A stretch of DNA of 64,000 nucleotides from a virus. Taxonomy: Duplodnaviria; Caudoviricetes. The translations under genes and the position numbers were made by a program. Below the pieces are notes generated by a model. The model was not told the DNA's origin and did no database searches. It was given only the letters and a program-made list of their open reading frames with translations. How positions within the stretch are numbered: position 1 is the stretch's first letter; the number at the start of each line of letters is the position of its first letter. Positions 40,386 through 50,123 of this stretch are shown in pieces. The stretch spans positions 96,001 to 160,000 of the IMG/VR virus record IMGVR_UViG_3300028591_000073; one strand, written 5' to 3'.

Positions 40386-40461
40386 TGCATAATAATTATA
40401 TATTCTACATTGTAACATAAATAACATAATCAACAAGTTTAATCATCTCCTACAATAAAAG

Positions 40462-40475
40462 TTACAGATTCGTGA
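40462..40475 (-). promoter_or_regulatory. Putative late promoter followed by an orphan RBS
   Basis: TCACGAATCTGTAACTTTT..AGGAGATG, nearly the same layout as upstream of 17141. Confidence 0.5.
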
Positions 40476-40501
40476 ATGGGGGCTATTAGCCCCCATTTCT
40501 A

Positions 40502-43500
40502 TTATTCTTCCCATATTTTCTTACAAGTCCTTTTGAGCTCAATCAAACATTTGTTACCAGCAGCATTTACCACAAGTGATGGTACCATACGTTTTAACAC
40601 GGACGTTGGTGCCTGGAACAAGTCGATTGGTTCGTCCGGACGGAATTCAGAATATGGTTCCAATCCATCAGGAATGATTTCTGAGATAACTTGTTTACAT
40701 GCGGAATAGTCTGCGATCTTATCTCCAACAGATACTTCATCATCATGTGAGATATAGATCTCCACTAAGACATCGCAATAGATACCCTTGATGGAAGGTG
40801 TTTTCAATGGTTCAGTTGGACGATCATACAGCGTTCCCAATTTGTAAACAGTACTTGTGCCATCATACTTATCCAAGATCTTACGCTTTGCACGATTTTG
40901 TTTAAAGTGTTCAGATACAATTTTAAACAGAGATGGAGATAATTTATCCAAACTCTTATTTGTGTAGATACGCACATCTACAACCTTACCTGCGTTCTCT
41001 GCTTTTTTGATTCGTTTAAAGGAATCATCTTCTGCAGTTGCTCCAAATGCTTTCAAGAAGTTGTCGACAGATTTATCACCGACATTACCCAAGCCAAATG
41101 TTAATAATGGATCTCCGACTTCAATTTCATCACCGACTTGTACAATCTTATCCACATCTTCTGTCGCATCTAATTTGATGATTTCTTTCATGATAACAGT
41201 TGTTGACATTTTTTTGGACAGTCTTGTTGTCATCGCACCGGCATCTTCATATGTGAAATAGTTACCATAGAATGCGACTTTACCAATTGGACCAACATTC
41301 ATACGAACTTGTCCCATGGAATCTTTTGTAAAGTATTTTTCATGATATGCCAGAATGTCATTCTTTTTAAATGATTCACCGGGTTGGAAATTTGGAACCA
41401 GTTTGTTATTCACATAGAAGCCAGAACCAGAGTTGAATCCCATCTTGTCTCCCACAGGAACTGCTTGTTTCTCTTGGTTCTTATATTGGACGATCATGTA
41501 TCCATCTGCAATCTCCAATACTTTACCATCATCTTCTGCCATGACTGAGAATTCCTCTGTTAAATATGCAGGTGTAATTTCATCAACCCCATTTGAAATT
41601 AGTGCTGGTTCGGCACCAGCTGTGGATACGATATGCCCAGACTGTGAACAAGCCATGGCAATACGAATCGCATCATCTCGAGATACTGTTCCAGGTGTTA
41701 ATAATTCAGAAAAGGAAGATAATTGTAAATCATCAAATTCCGTATCTTCTACAGAATTTGTGGACGTATAACCACGAACAGATTCAATCTTAGGGTCAGC
41801 GGTTAATTGTCGTTGCATACCAACATTAGCAGAGTTTGGTGAAGCCATGGCAATCTTACCAATCATGGAGTCATTATAACTTCTTCTCGCTTTACTGTAA
41901 GAACGTGTGTTGTTAATACCACGGAATCCTTTTGTGGAAATAACTTCACGAGCATGCAGTTCGATTACCGGATTCAATGCAGAAATTTGGTTGCATGTTT
42001 CCAAATTGGTTAATTCTCCAATGATACAGTTTGGATTGAATTGAAATTTGGATTTACGTGAACGAGAACCAACCTTATTGTTGTACTTAGACATTTCTAC
42101 CGCCAAATGATAATGTATCATTGCAGGAATAATTTCCGAACAACGAATGCGATATAATGAGGAATTAAATTCGCTCGTGTAAGTATTATCGCATAATAGA
42201 TGTGTTGCATACAATAATAATCCACACAATGTATCCGGCATATTATAATGATGACAAACATCTGCAGTGATTGCATCCATGAAGAAATTATAATACGTAA
42301 TGAACGTTGTTAATTGTGAATATTGAGAGAAGAAATGTTGGTTGAATAAATCGACATAAATCGAATTCGATTCCATGATTGGAATATCAAAATCGGCAAA
42401 GTTATATGCTTTGGTATTTAAACGATAGAATCCATTGAATACCAATTGTCCATAAATGGTATTTCGAATGGCGATAGATTTATCTTTGAATGGATATACA
42501 ATGTAATTGGGATCCTTGAATCGTGGTTCGACAATCCGATATTCCACACCAGATTGTTTTAATAATGAAGAGATACCTTCCCACGCAGCAATTGCAACAC
42601 CCATTGGGACTGTACCACCAATCTTAATGGTAGCATACATACTTGTCTTACCTGGCTTTGTTTTGTAGAATTCGGATTGTAATGCATCTGGCAATAAATC
42701 AACGATTGTTTGTACGATTGTTTTGTCTTGTCTGGTCTTGGAAGTTTCTGTATTAACAACAACTGGAGTCTGTCCAATCATACCACAACAGAATTCATCT
42801 TGATTTACAGTAACGAATTGCCATTTCTTCAAACAATCATTTCTATTGAAACAGAATTCTGCATTTGCTTCTGGAATGGTGAAAGAATACCACATTTTTG
42901 CAAACTCATCATATTCGATGGTGGATACATATTTCATATTGGAATTGATGTTGGAACCTAATTTCACATACTTGTTCGTGCCATCCGGCTTCAATTGTTT
43001 TTCTGCCAATTTACGTAAAGCCGTTAAGTCAACCAATGATTTGGTATCATATCGAGCCAATGTAATCTTATTGTAATTGCTTGTAATAATGGCAGTCTTC
43101 GGATTAATCTTTAATACTGGGATCGGAAAGTCTTGTTTGTCAATGGTATACCATGTGCCATTCACAAAGAAACGACCATTAAACATCTTAGGAATGAAGA
43201 TATGAATGATATTCTGCAATCCACTTTCTTTGCTTTTTAATGTAATCTTCCAGTCATTGATCATGGAAACTGCATTGGATTTATCTTGGATATCCACATT
43301 TGTGACAAAGAAACCATCGGCTGGTTTAGACAATCCCATGAGTGTGGCAACAATATCACGATCCATCAACTTGGATTCATATTCCTTGGTAACACGTGAA
43401 AATTGTGTACCACGTTTTGCAACACTCGTTGTGGTTGTTTTTAATGGACGATACGGTGCGGGTTTTGGTACATCATCCACTTGCACCAACTTATTGAATG

Positions 43501-44809
43501 TGACATTATTCAATTTCAGATTACCCATTTCTTGACGTAATTTCTCTTCACGGGGACTGGTGGTGGTATTCATCACATCTTTGTTATTCGCTGGAGCCGC
43601 GTCAATTTTCTGTGCCGCTTGATTGATTAATTCCTTTTCTACGGGAGAATCACCAAGCTGTGACAAATCATCACGAAGCTTTTGTGTTTGTTGTGGATTG
43701 ATTTGTTGATTGGGATTGATGCGTTGTTGTAAATCGGCATTAATGGCAAATGCTTTTGCATCATATAATTGCTGTTTATTTCGTTTTACAAAGTCATCTT
43801 GGGCTTGTGGTTGTTCATCATTCCCATATTGATCAAAGAGATTGTTAATCGTAGAACGAATATCACGAATGGAATTTCGATGTGTATCTTGTAATCTTTG
43901 TAAGTTCTCATCTAATTGATTGATGCGGATACCATCATCCTTTGGTTTTTCTTCGATGGATTCTTCCTCATCCAATTGATCCATCATACGATCTTTCTCT
44001 TTATCCGCTTCTTTTGCTTCTTCTGCATCTTGTTTGATTTCATCTAACGAAGCAGCCGCTTGTCTGGACTCTGGAGAAGACACACCGGGAGTACCAACAA
44101 ATTCCACACCGATCTTATTTAACATTTGACGAAGACGCATGCGATCACGGTCTTCCCATGCAGACAAATCAAATTTATAATCTTCATCACTAGAATGGAA
44201 AATAATGGTCCATGATGCCTTTTTAATTTTCTCCTTTGGAGAAAGTGCATATGCTGTTAATAATGCATTCACCAAGTCTGTTCTGAATGTCTCCATTGTT
44301 GGATTCTTATAGATACGGAATCTGCGTGTATCAATCCACAATACTTTCTTTTTGGAGAAATTTAGTTTATTTGCCATCAAACCAAATAACATAAAGATTT
44401 GATCTTGAATTACATTTGGTGCCATTTGTTTTAATGATGGAGATATCTTACTCATTAACTCTGATAATGGAATATACAAATTCTCTTTATATGTTTTCTC
44501 ATAAGGAAACCTAATTGCAATGAGATTTGGTATCATCTTCTGGTTTTGTGCATAGACAATCTTTTTATTATATTCATTTTGTGTTAGAATATAACGAACA
44601 GGTCTACCACCAATTGTGTCAACAAAACGACATGGTATCAACAAATTCTTATAGTTCATCTTTGGTTGTGGGAACATTTTAATCATTTCTAAGTCATACT
44701 CATATGAGTCAGACAACAAAAAAATGGAAATATCTGAATTGTCCGATGGTAACCGGAATCTTTGTTGTGTGGGTAAATAACTTGGTCTGGAATTGAAATC
44801 TACAGCCAT
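40502..44809 (-). CDS. Multisubunit RNA polymerase beta subunit (virion-type, phiKZ/AR9-like)
   Basis: SPNSANVGMQRQL, DDAIRIAMACSQ, FTYEDAGAM, VGDKIADYSACKQVIS, PTSVLKRM; ends before the beta C-terminal region, as in split phage RNAPs. Confidence 0.88.
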   Translation of the reverse strand: MAVDFNSRPSYLPTQQRFRLPSDNSDISIFLLSDSYEYDLEMIKMFPQPKMNYKNLLIPCRFVDTIGGRPVRYILTQNEYNKKIVYAQNQKMIPNLIAIRFPYEKTYKENLYIPLSELMSKISPSLKQMAPNVIQDQIFMLFGLMANKLNFSKKKVLWIDTRRFRIYKNPTMETFRTDLVNALLTAYALSPKEKIKKASWTIIFHSSDEDYKFDLSAWEDRDRMRLRQMLNKIGVEFVGTPGVSSPESRQAAASLDEIKQDAEEAKEADKEKDRMMDQLDEEESIEEKPKDDGIRINQLDENLQRLQDTHRNSIRDIRSTINNLFDQYGNDEQPQAQDDFVKRNKQQLYDAKAFAINADLQQRINPNQQINPQQTQKLRDDLSQLGDSPVEKELINQAAQKIDAAPANNKDVMNTTTSPREEKLRQEMGNLKLNNVTFNKLVQVDDVPKPAPYRPLKTTTTSVAKRGTQFSRVTKEYESKLMDRDIVATLMGLSKPADGFFVTNVDIQDKSNAVSMINDWKITLKSKESGLQNIIHIFIPKMFNGRFFVNGTWYTIDKQDFPIPVLKINPKTAIITSNYNKITLARYDTKSLVDLTALRKLAEKQLKPDGTNKYVKLGSNINSNMKYVSTIEYDEFAKMWYSFTIPEANAEFCFNRNDCLKKWQFVTVNQDEFCCGMIGQTPVVVNTETSKTRQDKTIVQTIVDLLPDALQSEFYKTKPGKTSMYATIKIGGTVPMGVAIAAWEGISSLLKQSGVEYRIVEPRFKDPNYIVYPFKDKSIAIRNTIYGQLVFNGFYRLNTKAYNFADFDIPIMESNSIYVDLFNQHFFSQYSQLTTFITYYNFFMDAITADVCHHYNMPDTLCGLLLYATHLLCDNTYTSEFNSSLYRIRCSEIIPAMIHYHLAVEMSKYNNKVGSRSRKSKFQFNPNCIIGELTNLETCNQISALNPVIELHAREVISTKGFRGINNTRSYSKARRSYNDSMIGKIAMASPNSANVGMQRQLTADPKIESVRGYTSTNSVEDTEFDDLQLSSFSELLTPGTVSRDDAIRIAMACSQSGHIVSTAGAEPALISNGVDEITPAYLTEEFSVMAEDDGKVLEIADGYMIVQYKNQEKQAVPVGDKMGFNSGSGFYVNNKLVPNFQPGESFKKNDILAYHEKYFTKDSMGQVRMNVGPIGKVAFYGNYFTYEDAGAMTTRLSKKMSTTVIMKEIIKLDATEDVDKIVQVGDEIEVGDPLLTFGLGNVGDKSVDNFLKAFGATAEDDSFKRIKKAENAGKVVDVRIYTNKSLDKLSPSLFKIVSEHFKQNRAKRKILDKYDGTSTVYKLGTLYDRPTEPLKTPSIKGIYCDVLVEIYISHDDEVSVGDKIADYSACKQVISEIIPDGLEPYSEFRPDEPIDLFQAPTSVLKRMVPSLVVNAAGNKCLIELKRTCKKIWEE

Positions 44810-44859
44810 GATATATCACTCCTTATAAATTTATTTAAGATAAGAAAGGAAAATTTGTT

Positions 44860-45042
44860 ATGAAAAGAACGTATTATTGGACATGCCCTACCTGTGGAGC
44901 TTCTTTAGACCCAGGCGAACGTTGTGAAGATTGTAATCCTCGTGAACGAATCCCATATCCGGATGCAAAGGGTTACAAATCAGTCGACCATCGTGATTGT
45001 AATAGAAAGGAGATGAAAAAAGATGTCAATCTTCACCAATAA
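44860..45042 (+). CDS. Small zinc-ribbon protein
   Basis: CPTCGASLDPGERCEDC; RBS GAAAGGA. Confidence 0.7.
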   Translation: MKRTYYWTCPTCGASLDPGERCEDCNPRERIPYPDAKGYKSVDHRDCNRKEMKKDVNLHQ

Positions 45043-45400
45043 ACCTGTTCGAAATATATGGAAAAAATCCACATACTCATTCCCCGTTGTACCAAATAAA
45101 GCATTTAATACAGAAACAGAAACTCCCGGTGAGTTTAGTAAAAATATTCCATCTTATAAAGACAAACTAACATTTGTCACAATGGAAGATGTATTCGGTG
45201 GGCAGTTTGAACCAAACCATGTGTTGTTTAATCCCAGACTGTCAAAGGAACAAAATGAACGTATCTTAAAAAAGGCACACTGTTATCATTTTAAACATCA
45301 TCCCATTACGAATGATGATTTGGATATGTTAACTGCATTTGATGAAGATTCATTGGATGAATTTGTGATTGCATACAAGAAATTTCTTGGGATGGAATAA
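45023..45400 (+). CDS. Hypothetical protein
   Basis: RBS GAAAGGAG. Confidence 0.7.
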   Translation: MSIFTNKPVRNIWKKSTYSFPVVPNKAFNTETETPGEFSKNIPSYKDKLTFVTMEDVFGGQFEPNHVLFNPRLSKEQNERILKKAHCYHFKHHPITNDDLDMLTAFDEDSLDEFVIAYKKFLGME

Positions 45401-45442
45401 CATAATAAATGAAGATGGTACGGGGGCATATGCCCCCGTACA

Positions 45443-46036
45443 TTATTCTTCTTTGAATTCCACTTTGATTGTGTGGTCAACGATATTTGCCAATCTGGCA
45501 ATCGTTGTGATAGATACCACAAGTTCGTCTTTATGTGTGGACATTTCATACTTGACCACGAATTGTCCAATGTTATTTGCTATTGTAGGTTTCAGCAATT
45601 TGGACATACGTTCACGAACCATTTGTGGTGTAATGTCGAATGTCGTAACCACGAATTCAAACATCTCATTGAACTTGCAATCTTCAACGGATGTGAACAC
45701 CCAGCTGTTGACAATCTCCGATAAATCCGCTTTACACAACTTGATGCGACAAACCATCTTTGGCTGTGTTTTGCGAATCTGTGTGAGTATCTCTCCAAGC
45801 TTGGACTGAGATACCGTGTTGGTGGACGAGTTCAACATCTTCACGATTGGAGTGGACAAGGAATCGATATTGATGATGTTCTCGTTGATAGCTCTGCATA
45901 AGGCAACCATGATTGGGTCACCGTTCACCTTCTTGGACATATCAATCTTCTCCTGTGTGGAGATGACTTGTTTCAGGTGTTGCATTGCTTCGGGTTTCAT
46001 TAAAGCTTTTGCTTCTTCAATTGACATATTGGACAT
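45443..46036 (-). CDS. Hypothetical protein
   Basis: RBS GAAAGGAGG; early-type motif CATATATAATTAA upstream on the minus strand (46060-46072). Confidence 0.75.
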   Translation of the reverse strand: MSNMSIEEAKALMKPEAMQHLKQVISTQEKIDMSKKVNGDPIMVALCRAINENIINIDSLSTPIVKMLNSSTNTVSQSKLGEILTQIRKTQPKMVCRIKLCKADLSEIVNSWVFTSVEDCKFNEMFEFVVTTFDITPQMVRERMSKLLKPTIANNIGQFVVKYEMSTHKDELVVSITTIARLANIVDHTIKVEFKEE

Positions 46037-46110
46037 ATTTACGTCCTCCTTTCTACGTGTTAATTATATATGTTTTCATAAAAATAAAAATTCTATTATT
46101 TCAATTTTAT

Positions 46111-46145
46111 ATCTATATATAATTAATATGATATAGAAATATATC
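46111..46145 (+). promoter_or_regulatory. Putative phage early promoter, copy 6
   Basis: ATCTATATATAATTAATATGATATAGAAATATATC. Confidence 0.7.
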
Positions 46146-46240
46146 ATATTAATTATTAATTTATACTCCTCCGACAGTCATGAGGCAGTCTAGTCAACTG
46201 TAGTCGGATCGAAGGAGTCACTCTTAAAGGAGGAATACTT

Positions 46241-46459
46241 ATGACACATTTCACGAAATTAAATAATCTTTCAATGGATGAACTCAAAAAGATGGCAAAA
46301 AAATATAATCCTATCAATTCCGACCTTATTAACAAAGGCTGTTTTGATAATGATCGGACAATGCTGGTAAAAATAATTAGCACAAGTCCCGCGTATATGA
46401 AGAATTTCAAGGGTGTCGATTTTATGGCACTCATGAAATTTAATGCTAACTTGAAATAA
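46241..46459 (+). CDS. Hypothetical cassette protein
   Basis: RBS and start AAAGGAGGAATACTTATGACA identical to those at 28223. Confidence 0.65.
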   Translation: MTHFTKLNNLSMDELKKMAKKYNPINSDLINKGCFDNDRTMLVKIISTSPAYMKNFKGVDFMALMKFNANLK

Positions 46460-46474
46460 GAGGAGGAACTTATC

Positions 46475-46867
46475 ATGAAAGAAAATTTCGAAATCAAACT
46501 CCCCGAGCATATGCTCGGGGATCTCCATGCGCAAAAATGCATGGAGAAACAACTGAAGCTCTTCACCGCTGCACTGGGTGAAGAAAATGCAAAATCAGTG
46601 CTGTTGAAATCCTTCGCCATCATGGCGAAGGTAGATGAGCTCGAAGATGAGGGCAGAGATGCCGAAGCCCTTGAGCTTGAAAATAACCACGACAAGTGGT
46701 TTTCTCAGTATCAACAGAAGGTGGAGTCCTATATGGACGAAGCCAATGCTGATGCTGAATCAGCTGGACTTGACCTCCCATACCCGGAACGCATATGGGA
46801 TCAGATGTCAGCTGATGAAAAGGTAGGGCTGTTCGATGCCCTTACCGAAATGGCTGAAGAAGACTGA
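46475..46867 (+). CDS. Hypothetical acidic cassette protein
   Basis: RBS GAGGAGG. Confidence 0.75.
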   Translation: MKENFEIKLPEHMLGDLHAQKCMEKQLKLFTAALGEENAKSVLLKSFAIMAKVDELEDEGRDAEALELENNHDKWFSQYQQKVESYMDEANADAESAGLDLPYPERIWDQMSADEKVGLFDALTEMAEED

Positions 46868-46939
46868 ACAATATCCCCCGGCATATGCCGGGGGATTCTG
46901 CTGATAGTTGATTTCAATATTAAATCATTTTTTTCTTTT

Positions 46940-47824
46940 TTACCATTTCAAATATCTATCGAAACCATCTTGCTTTGGATTCTGTTTAAATAAACCATCC
47001 ATTTGCACGATGCAATATTCGATAATAGCACGGTTCAGTCCTTCTTCGGTTGACATTTTTCTATGTTCCTTGACGTAGGACTCGGTAATGATTGCTTCAC
47101 TCATTTTCAGGATGACAGACTCACTCTTGACTTCTTCATTTGGTGTTTCAGAAGCTTGATCGGGTTGTTGATCCTGTGTTTCAGGGAGTGTATCTTCTTC
47201 GGCTTTTTCTTCCTCATTCTCCTCTTCCTTTTCGTCTTTATCTTTTTTCTCCTTGGATTTCTTATTTAAAGATGCATCCAAGTCATCAAAGACGGGAGCT
47301 TCATTACCATTCACAACAACATTTGTGACATCATCCACAATGTCTTTAGAAACCTTATTCATGAGACGTTGACGGAATTCATCATAGTTTTCACAACCAT
47401 CCAACAATTCCTTTGTCTTCAAAGCAGCTTCCTTTACAACTTTATCGGGATTCTTATTCAGTGTAACTTCTTCTTCTGCTTCATCACATCTGTTATTGAT
47501 TTCCATGATGATATCTCCAATCAACGGAGATTTCAGTTTATCACATGAGGATTTCAAGTAACCATAACAAGAACCACCATAATTGGTATTGATATGTCGC
47601 ATAATGGTTTGGTCAATCATACCATCCAAATCTTTTGTATCATCATGCATCATGGCGGAAATCAAATCCTTCAATACATAGAGGGATAGTTTCTCACGAA
47701 AATTCACTTTATCAAACTTCTCATGTTCAGATGCATCTTCGGGTGCTTTGTGTTTATCTTCGAATGATTTATCAGTTGTCTTAATAATATCATCCAACAA
47801 ATCTTTGATATCAGGCATTATCAT
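46940..47824 (-). CDS. Probable head/virion protein
   Basis: Acidic linker, xxE motifs (KSES, ITES); overlaps the stop of the upstream gene. Confidence 0.6.
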   Translation of the reverse strand: MIMPDIKDLLDDIIKTTDKSFEDKHKAPEDASEHEKFDKVNFREKLSLYVLKDLISAMMHDDTKDLDGMIDQTIMRHINTNYGGSCYGYLKSSCDKLKSPLIGDIIMEINNRCDEAEEEVTLNKNPDKVVKEAALKTKELLDGCENYDEFRQRLMNKVSKDIVDDVTNVVVNGNEAPVFDDLDASLNKKSKEKKDKDEKEEENEEEKAEEDTLPETQDQQPDQASETPNEEVKSESVILKMSEAIITESYVKEHRKMSTEEGLNRAIIEYCIVQMDGLFKQNPKQDGFDRYLKW

Positions 47825-50043
47825 TCACCTCCTTCAGTAGTTGCGTGTTCCATGACAGGACTTCCAAGAGGAATTACTTTAGAAACACGTCTTGTTGCAT
47901 TTGTAAAGTTTCGAATTGCTTCCTTAATTCCTTCAATTTCTTCTTTCATTGGAGTGTCATTTAACTTCAATACCATTTCATTCAATGCATGATTTAAATT
48001 CTCCAATTCTTTTTTGGCTTTATCATCAACATCTGCGGACTTTACAGCCATTGCGATAGATTTATTCAAATGCTTTGCATCTTTTTTCGTAGCACCAAAA
48101 ATCTCTGCTAGATTCTTTTTATTGTCATTCAAATCACCAAGTACTTTTCTGACACAAATATTAATCTGTTTCTTCACATCTGTTACGGATTCCAGAACTG
48201 GTTCAATATCTGTATCTACGCTCATTACGGCAGATTCCAAAGCACTCAGATCATCACCACTATCGGTTGGTGTTGTGCCAATAGCACCACTACCATCATT
48301 CAGAAATTCTTTTAACTGACCCATTGGCATTGTCTTAATCTTTTCAATACCTTGTTGAATCATATCATCCATGGACATATTATCAATATCCATATTGCCC
48401 ATTTCCGTATTTCCATCTGTATCTGAAGAAGATGTGGAAGAAGTATCATCAATATCGGTTTCGATATCATCCAAGGAAGATGCTGGGTCTGTTGGATCTA
48501 TGGGAGTTGTACTTGTATCAGCTGTATTACCAAGATCCATTCCACTTGCATCAGATGTTGGTGTGTCCATATTTCCCATATCTGGATTATCTGTTCCACC
48601 CATTGCATCATCCAATCCAGCAAATGTATCATCCACATTCTGATCAAATGTGGGATTTTGATTCATCACATCTGTCTGACTGGCTGCAGCTTGGTTTGCT
48701 GCTGTTGCATTTGCAACATTATCTGCAATCTGTTGTGAAATATCATTTGTTGTTGCTGTCGATGCATCCGGAGATGTTCCACCGGCTGCATTGGGATCCG
48801 CTCCAGCATTCGGATCAGGAGCAGCACCTGCAGTTGGATCTGTACCACCCATTGGATCAGCACCGGCTGGAGCTGCGGCCGGGTCTGTACCACCAGCTGC
48901 TGCATTGGGATCACCACCAAGAGGAGGAGGATCTCCAGCAGGATCACCACCACCGAAATCGATTGCTTCTTGGAAGAATGCAGAGTTTCCAAGCCAACGA
49001 TTAGGTGTAAAATCAAATGCTTCTTTAATTGCTTTCTCTTCTTTGGCTTTGAAATCCTTTTTACAAACAAGATTCATGGCATTAAAGTCTTTATTAGCAA
49101 CCTTGATATTCGGATAAGTATTGTTTTCAGAACCTTCAAGCTTCTTCATGAGTTCTTCCTTATTTTCAATCTTACCACCCTTGGATTGACGAACTAATCT
49201 GGTTTCGACACTCCACATGACCGGATATGGCTGATGCATACCTTCTACTTCAAATTCAATACCAACAACGAATTTATCCATGACAGCTGGAACAATTACT
49301 CTTTTGGGAGTTGCAATATCCCAAATCTCAGAACGATATAGTTCACGGCGATAACCATCACGAATCAACAATCCTCTGAGTGCTTCACCCATATGTTCAA
49401 AAGCTTCCAAATTGGATGCGACACTGAGTGCATGGATTTGATTCATTGAAATCTTGTGATCTGGTGTGGTTTCAAAATAAACGGGAAGTTTTGCAACATA
49501 GTGTCTGGAAGAACCACCTTCATGAAGAGGTCCAAGATCCACCATGACATTAGAAGGAACACGTTCATCAGAAACACTCATCATATCATTTCCGAACAAT
49601 CCTTCTTGTACAATATAAGCATGATATTTTTCATATGCTTTCATTGCAACTTCTTGTACACGTTTCAAATAGGACTGCTGACTTTCTCTGTTGAACATGG
49701 GCGTTCTTGCCATTGCTTCTTGATAGAAGTCATCATAGGTTCTTTCTTGTTCAAATGCTTCACTGGTTTGCACATCCATAGGGATATCGACAATTCTTCC
49801 GGTCTTGACATCCATTTCCACCAGATCTAATTCGATATCATCCTCGATAGGAATGTCGATTACGGGACGTTCACGTTGTGCATTTGTACCAACAATTGTT
49901 AACTCTTCCATTTCACTGAATAAATGTGCACATTCTAGAATGGCCTCATCCATTTCTTGAATGGGGGCATCTTCCTGTGCATGGAAAGCTTTCTGTCTTT
50001 CCTGTTCTTTTTTGGCAATCTCTTGCCTTAGGAAGTTAAGCAT
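47821..50043 (-). CDS. Probable internal head protein with a long D/P/A/G low-complexity linker
   Basis: Multiple QEA/QEG/LES motifs; GGDPAGDPPP..DMGNMD disordered region. Confidence 0.65.
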   Translation of the reverse strand: MLNFLRQEIAKKEQERQKAFHAQEDAPIQEMDEAILECAHLFSEMEELTIVGTNAQRERPVIDIPIEDDIELDLVEMDVKTGRIVDIPMDVQTSEAFEQERTYDDFYQEAMARTPMFNRESQQSYLKRVQEVAMKAYEKYHAYIVQEGLFGNDMMSVSDERVPSNVMVDLGPLHEGGSSRHYVAKLPVYFETTPDHKISMNQIHALSVASNLEAFEHMGEALRGLLIRDGYRRELYRSEIWDIATPKRVIVPAVMDKFVVGIEFEVEGMHQPYPVMWSVETRLVRQSKGGKIENKEELMKKLEGSENNTYPNIKVANKDFNAMNLVCKKDFKAKEEKAIKEAFDFTPNRWLGNSAFFQEAIDFGGGDPAGDPPPLGGDPNAAAGGTDPAAAPAGADPMGGTDPTAGAAPDPNAGADPNAAGGTSPDASTATTNDISQQIADNVANATAANQAAASQTDVMNQNPTFDQNVDDTFAGLDDAMGGTDNPDMGNMDTPTSDASGMDLGNTADTSTTPIDPTDPASSLDDIETDIDDTSSTSSSDTDGNTEMGNMDIDNMSMDDMIQQGIEKIKTMPMGQLKEFLNDGSGAIGTTPTDSGDDLSALESAVMSVDTDIEPVLESVTDVKKQINICVRKVLGDLNDNKKNLAEIFGATKKDAKHLNKSIAMAVKSADVDDKAKKELENLNHALNEMVLKLNDTPMKEEIEGIKEAIRNFTNATRRVSKVIPLGSPVMEHATTEGGE

Positions 50044-50123
50044 GATATATCACTCCTTGTATTTTCAATTTGAAATATAGATATTGTTATGTTGAACACC
50101 GAGATACGTGGGGCTCGATGTTA

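Noticed and set aside
38985-40440. IStron (group I intron plus TnpB)
   Set aside because: Only about 90 AT-rich nt lie upstream of tnpB, with no recognisable group I core and no convincing terminal G splice site
9726-46145. CRISPR array from the 35-nt identical repeats
   Set aside because: Copies are kilobases apart and always precede genes; there is no spacer periodicity and no cas genes
46165-46218. Hammerhead ribozyme
   Set aside because: Lacks the CUGAnGA and GAAA core; only GTCATGAG is present
48014-49830. Plus-strand ORFs antisense to the 740-aa gene, and similar shadow ORFs elsewhere
   Set aside because: No RBS; explained as antisense frames of low-complexity or codon-biased real genes
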